DNA of 34,992 nucleotides from Bdellovibrionota bacterium (GTDB lineage: Bacteria; Bdellovibrionota_C; UBA2361; OMII01), in the NCBI GenBank assembly GCA_044345405.1, contig JBIJBE010000038.1:1-34992 (forward strand), in the 5' to 3' direction. Shown one piece after another: positions 9,947-18,017 of this stretch. A model generated the notes under the pieces. It ran no database searches. It saw only the letters and a program-made list of their open reading frames with translations, and had not been told where the DNA came from. The position numbers and the translations under genes were made by a program. The stretch's first letter is position 1, and every line of letters begins with the position of its first letter.

Positions 9947-11145
9947 AGCTCCTCATGGGTTTCCTGTACCGACCATGGCGAGAACGGGTCGGTGAAATTC
10001 TTCCAGCCATCTTCGCCAAGCGCGAGCTCCTCGTCTGTGAGGAGACAGCAATCTAACATCGAGGTGAGCTTCTCTTGGCTCATGTCGAGACCGATCAGCA
10101 CGAGTTCCTGCTTGCCTTTCACAGGCGCCACTTCCGAGCTTATGAGCGAGCCGTCCTCCCCCCTTGCTGCCCAATAACCAGCCGGCTCGGACCGGCACGA
10201 TCCTCCCGCCTGTGACCACGATCCAGCGAGGCGAGAGCGCGACGCGAGCCAGAAAAAGCCCTTGGAGCGAACGACGCCTGGCCATTCAGATTGAATGCAC
10301 GCTGAGAATCGCTCGGGATGAAAGGGCCTATCACGGCGGTAGACGAAGCTCGTGATTCCGTACTCCTCTGTCTCTGGTGTGTGTTCGCCTGATAGCTCCT
10401 TAATCCAGCCAGGGCTCTGAGCTGCCTTCTCGTAGTCAAAAAGCTTTGTGTTGAGTACGTTTCTAGGATCAAGGTTCCCGAATTGGGCGTGAATCATCTG
10501 CGCGTCTGGGTTAAGCTTTTGAATCATAGCTTCAACAAGAGCAAGCTGCTTAGCGGGAAGGAGGTCTGTCTTATTAAGAACGATGATGTTAGCGAACTCG
10601 ACCTGATCAATAAGCAGATCCACTATCGTTCTGTCGTCTGAGTCGTCAGCGCCGATACCGAGCTTCCTAAGGTCGTCTGATGACTCCATCTGAGAAAAGA
10701 AATTAGCTGCGTCAACAACTGTCACCATCGTGTCGAGTCGAGCAACCTGTGACAGACTCCGTCCCTCTTCATCGGTGTGAGCAAATGTCGCTGCTACTGG
10801 CATTGGTTCCCCGATCCCAGTTGACTCTATGAGGAGATAATCGTATTTCCCCTCTCCGGCTAACTCTGCTACCTGCTCCAGGAGGTCCTCTCGCAGGGTG
10901 CAACAGATACAGCCGTTTGACATCTCCACGAGCCGCTCTTGGCTTCGGTCAAGGCGCGCATCGCCTCGCTCCACGAGCTGCACGTCGATATTCACCTCGC
11001 TCATATCATTGACGATTACGGCAACTTTCAGCCCGTCGCGATTCGTAAGGACGTGGTTCAGAAGGGTGGTCTTTCCAGCGCCTAAGAAACCAGAGAGTAC
11101 GGTTACGGGGAGTCGTTGTCGGCGCGGCAGTTTGTGTGGAGACAT
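9943..11145 (-). CDS. zigA: COG0523 zinc metallochaperone GTPase, ZigA/YciC type
   Basis: [64 protein letters not shown]; AAGGA RBS before ATG 11145. Confidence 0.92.
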   Translation of the reverse strand: MSPHKLPRRQRLPVTVLSGFLGAGKTTLLNHVLTNRDGLKVAVIVNDMSEVNIDVQLVERGDARLDRSQERLVEMSNGCICCTLREDLLEQVAELAGEGKYDYLLIESTGIGEPMPVAATFAHTDEEGRSLSQVARLDTMVTVVDAANFFSQMESSDDLRKLGIGADDSDDRTIVDLLIDQVEFANIIVLNKTDLLPAKQLALVEAMIQKLNPDAQMIHAQFGNLDPRNVLNTKLFDYEKAAQSPGWIKELSGEHTPETEEYGITSFVYRRDRPFHPERFSACIQSEWPGVVRSKGFFWLASRSRLAGSWSQAGGSCRSEPAGYWAARGEDGSLISSEVAPVKGKQELVLIGLDMSQEKLTSMLDCCLLTDEELALGEDGWKNFTDPFSPWSVQETHEEL

Positions 11146-11164
11146 ATGGGCATCCTTCTTGATA

Positions 11165-11181
11165 ATGCAACCTAGTTGCAC
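11165..11181. promoter_or_regulatory. putative Zur box 1 (ATGCAACCTAGTTGCAC) between divergent zigA and zur
   Basis: perfect TGCAAC-N3-GTTGCA palindrome; same motif recurs at 3 other promoters. Confidence 0.8.
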
Positions 11182-11204
11182 CTAGATCTCAGATGGGATA
11201 TAGT
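11176..11204 (+). promoter_or_regulatory. sigma70-like promoter of the Fur-family gene, -35 overlapping the box
   Basis: TTGCAC-17 bp-TATAGT. Confidence 0.55.
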
Positions 11205-11230
11205 CTTGTCAACAGTGTGGAGTCAAGAAA

Positions 11231-11596
11231 ATGAGAAAAACTCAGGCCAGGCAGGAGATCCTTGAACTTCTGACAAAGGCTGCGCGACCGGTATCAGCTC
11301 GGGAGATCGTGGAGGCTACAGCCCGCGCGCGACCGGATATTAACAAGTCGACGGTCTATCGCTTTATCAAGAGTCTACTAGAAGCTAAGCAGCTCGTTGG
11401 CATATCTCTCCCCGGGCGAGGGGCCCTCTATGAATTGCGCAACGAAAAGCAGCACTGTCACTTTACCTGCGAAGGTTGTCTCGAAGTTGTGTGTCTTCAT
11501 GGTACCGAGGTTGGGGTGGACCGGTTGGTTCCGGAAGGCTACACCGTTTTTCCCGACCATCTCGTGCTTTCTGGCCTCTGTCCGAAATGTTCCTGA
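11231..11596 (+). CDS. zur: Fur-family transcriptional repressor, probably Zur
   Basis: STVYR helix, HCHFTCEGC and C-terminal GLCPKC (two CxxC); divergent from zigA. Confidence 0.75.
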   Translation: MRKTQARQEILELLTKAARPVSAREIVEATARARPDINKSTVYRFIKSLLEAKQLVGISLPGRGALYELRNEKQHCHFTCEGCLEVVCLHGTEVGVDRLVPEGYTVFPDHLVLSGLCPKCS

Positions 11597-11623
11597 ACAC
11601 TAGACCTGTAGACGGAGGCTCCT

Positions 11624-12310
11624 TTGACATTACTTGAACCGCTTTCCTTTACCGCTTTTTCCTTGGGCCTTCTTCATGCCCTGGAGCCCGGGCATGGCAA
11701 AACCTTGATGGCGGGCACCTTGGTCGGTTCGTCCCGGAAATGGCTTGATCCGATCGCTATCGGTGTCTCAACAGCAGGCGGGCATGCGGTGGGAATTCTT
11801 GTTTTTGTTTCGGCGTCGTTCTTTCTCGCTCATGAGGTCGCGGCTGATGAGGTGCGGCATATGGTGGAGTTAACGATGGGCGCTGTTGTAGTTATTATAG
11901 CGCTCTCCTTACTCGTGCGCGTGCTTAAAGTGCGAAAACGAAAAGACACAGCGCTCGGGATAGTTCACGATTCGTGTGGGTCGTGCGGCTGTGGTGGGCA
12001 TAGCAGCAAGGTGCCATTATCCTTAGTTGGATTCTTAATCGGGATTGTGCCGTGCCCAAGTGCGTTAGCCATTTGCTTGTCTGCTACCAAGGCCGGATCG
12101 TATTGGGATGCGATGTTTCTAAGTTCATTGTTCGCGCTTGGGGTTGCGACGACGATCTCAGCTCTCGGAATGGCTATTACACATTCTTCGGGGCAAATTA
12201 CTCAGTATCTTATCGGGTCGGGTAGGGTCGCTCGTTTCATGGAGATCCTGAGTCCATTAATCGTTCTAGCGCTCGGCATTCTCATGATGTTTCACGCGGC
12301 TGCTCACTGA
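11624..12310 (+). CDS. RcnA/NicO-like Ni/Co transporter
   Basis: HALEPGHGK and GIVPCPSAL motifs; hydrophobic helices; GGAGG RBS before TTG. Confidence 0.8.
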   Translation: MTLLEPLSFTAFSLGLLHALEPGHGKTLMAGTLVGSSRKWLDPIAIGVSTAGGHAVGILVFVSASFFLAHEVAADEVRHMVELTMGAVVVIIALSLLVRVLKVRKRKDTALGIVHDSCGSCGCGGHSSKVPLSLVGFLIGIVPCPSALAICLSATKAGSYWDAMFLSSLFALGVATTISALGMAITHSSGQITQYLIGSGRVARFMEILSPLIVLALGILMMFHAAAH

Positions 12311-12536
12311 AGAGAGGACGCGGATGTCGGCAGTGGTGGTCACCTTGTTGGTCGAGCCTACTTTTCGCGCAAAGTAACGACAGGGAATCGTTTTTTTGCA
12401 AGATCGCTTCCCGGGGATCGTTTTCCGTTAAGATTATTCAGGGATGATACACTCGTAGATTAAGCAGCGGTTGGACTTTTTTGCTCTTTACGGCACCCTC
12501 GTCGTGAGGTGACACTAAGCATAAGCTCTAAGTTGG

Positions 12537-14210
12537 ATGGATAAAAAGCTTATGAAAATCTTGAGTCGGGTAGCCCTCATCTCTGCAGTTAGCCTCTCGT
12601 GTGCCCTTTCGCAGGTTTCAGAAAGTGCTGCCCAATCCTTAACTGTGGGCGGGGTTCTCTCAAAGGGAGCTGGCTATACGGTGTATCTCGTTGAGGGAAG
12701 TGGCAAGTCGACATCAGCTGTTGTGAGTTCTGGCGGGCAGTTCTCTTTTAAGAAAGTGACAAAGGCCCGTCTCAAAGGAGCGAGTCTTCAATTGAGCGAT
12801 GCCGATGGGCGCTATGCGGGTCCGATTGTTCTTGGCGGCACGAACAGCAAAGTTTCAACCACGTTCTCCGGCAAACTCGTAAGCCCAAAGCAAAAGAAGC
12901 TTGTCCTTGGTAAGGTCACTCTCAAGTCAGGATATGCACAGGTTGGCAAGGCAGCTACCAAATCCCTAGGAGTCGCAGTATCAAAGGCGACCACCAAAGC
13001 GCTTCAAGGTAAGCCGCTAGGTGCTGGACAGCTGGGGCTTGTAAGTACGGATTCAACAGCAAACGTTAGCGCCTTCGTAACGGGCGCGGCAAGCGCGTCT
13101 GGCTCAGATGAGGACCGAGATGGGATTCCAAATGCATTCGACGCGGATGATGATGGAGATCTGATCCTGGACCCTTCAGACCCAGATTCAGCTGGCAGTG
13201 ATATCCCCTACACGACGATCGTCTTAGAGTTTCGGAACTCTCTCAATGCCCACGTCCGCAGTGGACTCTCGGATACCGCGATTGATGCAGTGATTGGCGG
13301 CGAAAATCTCTTCGCGTTGTTGACGTTTATCTCGCTCCCTCAAAATCAAAGCAGCCTTGCAACCGGTGGCTATATCGTCTGCGATGACGCTCTCGTATAC
13401 TGCAGACGGAACACTCCGGTGGCGTTTTTTAGCGGAGTCTCTGAGAGCTCGAATGATTTCCGTAGGCCGTGGGCGGAGCTCCTTACTTCAGCCGGGTACC
13501 CTCGAATGGAGAAGATTAGCAGCTTGGGCGCGGTCGTAGCGGCTATTCAACCACGAGTTGGTCGAAGTCAATTTAGACCGGGGGATGTATTTGAAGCGGT
13601 CGTCACCTCAGATACCGGTGAGATAACAAGAAAAACCTTTACCCTTGCGCCATACTTTGTCTCTGTGCCGGCCCTAAAAAGCTACAACGCAGGGGCGGGC
13701 GAGGTAACAGTTGACTACAATTCGGTGAGTCCTACCTCGGGGTCGATTCCAGGAACGTCGTCATCAGACCCAATAGTGCTGCCTCCAAGTGGACAGCTCA
13801 CCATGACCTTCTGGCGACCACAACGTGCTGCCATTCGCACCGATGAGACCGGATACCAGGATTGGGGAACGTTAAACTATGGTGTTGGTGTGGGAGATGT
13901 TCAAGCTACATGCGCTGGACTCTATACCAACGAGTCAAATGAGCTTGTAGCCGACACCACACCATTTGGAACAGGAGATAGTATCTTCTTTAATCAAGGC
14001 GCTAACGGCACGCCGTATCGCGATTCGCTCGGAGACCGTGCGGCTTCAGTTGGGAATACTCTGACCTTTACCGTCGATCTCAAGACGTGCGCAACGCGTG
14101 GTGGTGGAACCGGAACGGGTACAGCCATGGTCTCGCTTGAGGCTCGCGGCGAGAGTGTTACGGGTGGACAAACTACTGCGCGACAGTCGTTCTACGTCCA
14201 GTTCCAATAA
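12537..14210 (+). CDS. secreted Gly/Ser/Thr-rich hypothetical protein with TSP3-like Ca-binding motif
   Basis: signal peptide (…SAA-Q); DEDRDGIPNAFDADDDGD motif; 557-aa ORF. Confidence 0.7.
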   Translation: MDKKLMKILSRVALISAVSLSCALSQVSESAAQSLTVGGVLSKGAGYTVYLVEGSGKSTSAVVSSGGQFSFKKVTKARLKGASLQLSDADGRYAGPIVLGGTNSKVSTTFSGKLVSPKQKKLVLGKVTLKSGYAQVGKAATKSLGVAVSKATTKALQGKPLGAGQLGLVSTDSTANVSAFVTGAASASGSDEDRDGIPNAFDADDDGDLILDPSDPDSAGSDIPYTTIVLEFRNSLNAHVRSGLSDTAIDAVIGGENLFALLTFISLPQNQSSLATGGYIVCDDALVYCRRNTPVAFFSGVSESSNDFRRPWAELLTSAGYPRMEKISSLGAVVAAIQPRVGRSQFRPGDVFEAVVTSDTGEITRKTFTLAPYFVSVPALKSYNAGAGEVTVDYNSVSPTSGSIPGTSSSDPIVLPPSGQLTMTFWRPQRAAIRTDETGYQDWGTLNYGVGVGDVQATCAGLYTNESNELVADTTPFGTGDSIFFNQGANGTPYRDSLGDRAASVGNTLTFTVDLKTCATRGGGTGTGTAMVSLEARGESVTGGQTTARQSFYVQFQ

Positions 14211-14297
14211 TAGAAGAAGGGAGAACTTCAGCGCGTGCCTACGGTTTCACCTGGGCCCCTAGTGGGGGGCGGGCTTACAAAGTGAATGCGGGAAACG

Positions 14298-14415
14298 CAC
14301 TATTCACCAAAGGTACGCGTCACCGTTCAGGAGATGACAAGAGAGAAACGGCCGCCAAGATGCTGGTTTTAGGCATAGCTCTGCGGCCCCTATCTCATTC
14401 ATCTGGTGAATAGTG
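14298..14415. mobile_element. 118-bp MITE-like element / internally deleted IS
   Basis: perfect 12-bp terminal inverted repeats CACTATTCACCA (14298-14309) / TGGTGAATAGTG (14404-14415), flanked by ACG on both sides (14295-14297, 14416-14418). Confidence 0.6.
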
Positions 14416-14575
14416 ACGAAGAACGCTTTTTATGCCCCTTGCTAGCGAGGGCGTGTCACGCCCTCCCTCACATGACGTGTTTGCATAGACGTAGTCGGTC
14501 CTCGCTGACTATTGCGCGTATTTTTTTGATTTGGCGTTCTTGTGCAGAGGTGAGTAAAATTATCCAAAACTCTAA

Positions 14576-14592
14576 TTGCAACCCGGTTGCGT
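14576..14592. promoter_or_regulatory. putative Zur box 2 (TTGCAACCCGGTTGCGT)
   Basis: TGCAAC-N3-GTTGCG, downstream of TAAAAT (14555-14560) and ~33 bp before ATG 14625. Confidence 0.75.
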
Positions 14593-14624
14593 GTGGGGTA
14601 GCCTCGTACCGCGAGGTAAGCCGT

Positions 14625-14894
14625 ATGCCCCTGTATGACTACAAAGTTTGTGAGACTGGCGAAGTGGTAGAGGTTATGCACAGTAGCTCTACGGAAATTT
14701 CGACCTGGGGAGAGCTGGCCCAGCTCATCGGCCGAGAGCTTGAGGGGCTCCAGAGTGACGGGCCCGTGATTCGTCAAATAACCGGAAGGGTTTTTGTCAA
14801 CGGGAACCTTGAAGACCTGTCAAAGGGGAAGGTTGTTCAAAAATCTCCAAATCGGCTTAGAGGGGGATGTTGTGGAGGGGGCTGTGGACACTGA
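14625..14894 (+). CDS. FmdB-like zinc-ribbon-family small protein with Cys-rich tail
   Basis: MPLYDY start, C-terminal GGCCGGGCGH; GAGG RBS; true start reassigned from 14406. Confidence 0.75.
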   Translation: MPLYDYKVCETGEVVEVMHSSSTEISTWGELAQLIGRELEGLQSDGPVIRQITGRVFVNGNLEDLSKGKVVQKSPNRLRGGCCGGGCGH

Positions 14895-15264
14895 CTCTTC
14901 TGCCGTTCATACCAAGCGAGAGGTTCTTGCGCAGGCGGCTGTTTGTCTCGGGTGTTGTTGTGGAAGAGAGGACCGCGGTAAGCCTGAGGTTCCCGTCGAT
15001 TTTCTGAAAAGTGAATGGAAACGCCTTAGGCTCAACACCGATGTTCAGCTCACGATCTCAGGTTGTCTAGGGCCGTGTGATTGCACGAATGTCGTGGCGA
15101 TCTTGGATTCTTCAGGATCTCGTTGGTTCGGCAATATTTCAGGCCGGCTCGTGTACCAGAAGCTCGTCGATTGGGCGAGGGCCGTTAAGGAGGCTGGGAA
15201 GGTACTGCCCCTAGATGCAGAACTTGAGAGGCACCACTTCAACAGGTGGGGTGAATCCCGATGA
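14884..15264 (+). CDS. thioredoxin-like (2Fe-2S) ferredoxin-domain protein
   Basis: VCLGCCCG and GCLGPC motifs; GGAGG RBS before GTG 14884; overlaps previous gene. Confidence 0.75.
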   Translation: MDTDSSAVHTKREVLAQAAVCLGCCCGREDRGKPEVPVDFLKSEWKRLRLNTDVQLTISGCLGPCDCTNVVAILDSSGSRWFGNISGRLVYQKLVDWARAVKEAGKVLPLDAELERHHFNRWGESR

Positions 15265-15350
15265 GTTGTAGCGGCAGAGCAGGGAACTACCGCACGCTTA
15301 GTCGTTCCGTGACTGCACTTTAGTAGTATTGAAAAGGATAGAGGTAGCAT

Positions 15351-16700
15351 ATGACAGATAAGAAAATACCAGTAACCGTACTCACAGGGTTTTTGGGGTC
15401 TGGTAAGACCACGCTTCTCAACCACATCCTTACGGCTAATCACGGGCGAAGAATCGCGGTGATCGAGAATGAGTTTGGCGAAGTCGGCATTGATCAAGAG
15501 CTCGTTGTTCGAGCGGAAGAGGAGATCTTTGAGATGAATAACGGGTGCATCTGCTGCACTGTTCGAGGTGACTTAATCCGAATCCTTGGGAACCTCATAA
15601 AACGCAAAGAGTCATTCGATCATATCCTCATCGAAACTACTGGAATGGCTGACCCAGGGCCTGTGGCTCAAACGTTTTTTGTTGATGAGGAGATGCAGCG
15701 GCATCTTTGTTTGGATGGGATTGTGACGATCGTTGACGCAAAGCACGTATGGGAACATCTTGACTCAAGCGAGGAGGTTCGAGAGCAGATAGCTTTTGCG
15801 GACCGCATCCTGATAAACAAGATAGATCTTGCGACGCCGTCCCAGATTGAGGACCTGCAGCATCGTATCAAGAAGATGAACGGAGTCGCGAAGCAGTACC
15901 TAACTCAGGATTCCATCATCGATATGGATCATATTCTGGGCCTCGGTGGGTTTAATATTCAACGAGCTCTTGATGTTGATCCGAAATTTCTGGAACCGGA
16001 GTACCCTTTTGAGTGGGGGGGCGTGTTCGAGCTTCCCACTTCGACCTGTTCGATTGAATGCAATCAAGGCCCAGATCCTTCTATGCGCATATTGCTGCTA
16101 CCGTGCGCAACCGAGGAGCATGACCGCCTGGAGGCGATCTTGAGGGATGCGGTAGTTCGCTTCTCCGATGATGCGAGAGAAGTAGCCTCTGGGGATGAGA
16201 TACGGAGTGTGGGGGACCCCATCGATCTTGTTTTCGCTGACAAGGTCTCAAGTTCGTACGAGGTGCTGTTTGGTAGTCCAGGAAGATACGCGCTCTTCAC
16301 TGAGCATCAACCAAGCGAGTTCGAGTTGGTTATTAAAGCCGCGGGCCATATCTGTAACCCTGTGCAAGAGCGATTTTTCAAGCCGGACCATGAGCATGAT
16401 GATGAGATCTCTTCTGCAGGATTTGAATTGGAAGAGGATATAGACGCAGAGAAGTTACAGCTTTGGCTCTCGGACTTACTCAGGGACAAGGGTAATGACA
16501 TCTTTAGGATGAAAGGTGTCTTTGCGATTGCTGGCGAAGATAGGCGGTTGGCGTTCCAGGGCGTGCACATGTTGCTCAAAGCAGAGCGACTAGATTCTTG
16601 GGGGTCTCGTCCACGGCGAAGTACACTTGTATTCATTGGGAGAAATCTCGATAGGGAAAGCTTGGAGGCCGGAGTGCGGGAGTGTGTGGCCGGTGACTGA
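15351..16700 (+). CDS. COG0523/CobW-family GTPase with internal insertion
   Basis: GFLGSGKTT, IENEFGE, GCICCTVRGDL, IETTGMADP, NKID; CobW_C with FRMKG, FQGVH, LVFIGR. Confidence 0.93.
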   Translation: MTDKKIPVTVLTGFLGSGKTTLLNHILTANHGRRIAVIENEFGEVGIDQELVVRAEEEIFEMNNGCICCTVRGDLIRILGNLIKRKESFDHILIETTGMADPGPVAQTFFVDEEMQRHLCLDGIVTIVDAKHVWEHLDSSEEVREQIAFADRILINKIDLATPSQIEDLQHRIKKMNGVAKQYLTQDSIIDMDHILGLGGFNIQRALDVDPKFLEPEYPFEWGGVFELPTSTCSIECNQGPDPSMRILLLPCATEEHDRLEAILRDAVVRFSDDAREVASGDEIRSVGDPIDLVFADKVSSSYEVLFGSPGRYALFTEHQPSEFELVIKAAGHICNPVQERFFKPDHEHDDEISSAGFELEEDIDAEKLQLWLSDLLRDKGNDIFRMKGVFAIAGEDRRLAFQGVHMLLKAERLDSWGSRPRRSTLVFIGRNLDRESLEAGVRECVAGD

Positions 16701-17730
16701 TACGCTGCCCTTTAAGAAACTGCGGTGTGATATTGCATCGCCCGTTGATGAATTTGTGTCCGTCATTAGAACGGCTAGCGACGACCTGTTTTTAGTTGGA
16801 GACCAGGCCGGCAAGCTGACTGCCCTAAGCTGTCAGGACGGTCGTAGCGTCTGGTCACGGCAAGTGCATACAGGGGGTATAAGGGGGCTTGATGTTAGCC
16901 ACGATAGCTTCATCTGCTACTCCGGCGGAGATGATGGATTTTTAGTCGCCACCGATATTTCAACCGGTGAGGAGCGCTACCGAGTATCTCTTAGGGCGGA
17001 CCCTCGTCTCTCCGATTGGGTGTCTCATCTTTGTTGGTCTGCCAACGAAAACGTTTTAGCGGCATCGTGTGGGAAGCGCTTGTTCTTTCTCTCCGATGAT
17101 TTACGACCTACCGCCGAACCGCGAGTTCATCCTAGTACGATCCAAGACATCACTTGGGACGAGAAGGGCAAACGTGTAGCGACGGTTTGTTGTGGAGGTG
17201 GAACGATCTGGTCACCAAACAGCGACGAAGCTCTAAGCACCTGGCATGACAAGGTGGTTATGTTATCTGTTCGCTGGGCATCGAGTGGAAAATATGTCGC
17301 GTGTGGCTGCCAAGATTCTTCCATACTGGTGTGGGATGTTAACCAGAAGCAAAATCTTCGAATGTGGGGATACCCGGGGAAAGTGAGCACCCTGGCTTGG
17401 GATCGCGCTGGCCGATACTTGGCCACGTCGGGACAAGGAGACCTTATCGTGTGGGACTTTAGCGGCGAGGGCCCCTCTGGAAAGGAGCCTATTCATAGAG
17501 GGATTCATCAAGGAATCATTTCGGCTATAGCGTTCAACCCCAAAGGCTCAATGTTGTGCACGACCGGGGATGACGGTTCGATCATAGTATGGAGAACAGG
17601 TTCATTTGAGCCTTGTCTGTATGGGGTGGGATCTGCGGGAATTTCCGCGCTTACCTGGAGTAGGGATGGTCGCCGGATCCTTGTTGGGCAACAGGATGGC
17701 GGAGTACGTATCTTTGCAGTTGACGCCTGA
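16693..17730 (+). CDS. WD40-repeat beta-propeller protein
   Basis: repeats such as ACGCQDSSILVWD, LATSGQGDLIVWD, TTGDDGSIIVW; GTG start overlaps the CobW 3' end. Confidence 0.88.
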   Translation: MTDTLPFKKLRCDIASPVDEFVSVIRTASDDLFLVGDQAGKLTALSCQDGRSVWSRQVHTGGIRGLDVSHDSFICYSGGDDGFLVATDISTGEERYRVSLRADPRLSDWVSHLCWSANENVLAASCGKRLFFLSDDLRPTAEPRVHPSTIQDITWDEKGKRVATVCCGGGTIWSPNSDEALSTWHDKVVMLSVRWASSGKYVACGCQDSSILVWDVNQKQNLRMWGYPGKVSTLAWDRAGRYLATSGQGDLIVWDFSGEGPSGKEPIHRGIHQGIISAIAFNPKGSMLCTTGDDGSIIVWRTGSFEPCLYGVGSAGISALTWSRDGRRILVGQQDGGVRIFAVDA

Positions 17731-17803
17731 GGCTCTGTTGTTGCGCAGTTAAAAAGCAGCTTTGTGGCACGGACCAGTTGTCGCTGATGCGAGGCATATT
17801 CCG

Positions 17804-18016
17804 CTAGGATTTCGAGTCAGGAGGCGAAGAGCGTTCAGGCGATGTCGGCTCCAGGAATTCCCTGAATTTAGTCACCAACTCTGAACACCATGATCTGTCT
17901 TGTCCAGGGACGGGCAGGGGCTGTGCCGTTCTTCTCTCTTCCTGACTTAATACACGACCATGTTGTCTCGCTTCTTGCATCAGGTAACCAGCATGAGTGG
18001 GTGAGAATGGCGTCAT
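17804..18016 (-). CDS. small hypothetical protein (70 aa)
   Basis: ATG 1 nt after the upstream TAG, preceded by GGAG; no recognisable motif. Confidence 0.45.
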   Translation of the reverse strand: MTPFSPTHAGYLMQEARQHGRVLSQEERRTAQPLPVPGQDRSWCSELVTKFREFLEPTSPERSSPPDSKS

Positions 18017-18017
18017 G

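Noticed and set aside
14406-14624. N-terminal extension of the 162-aa ORF
   Set aside because: Would span the MITE end, promoter and operator; RBS and family start MPLYDY indicate 14625.
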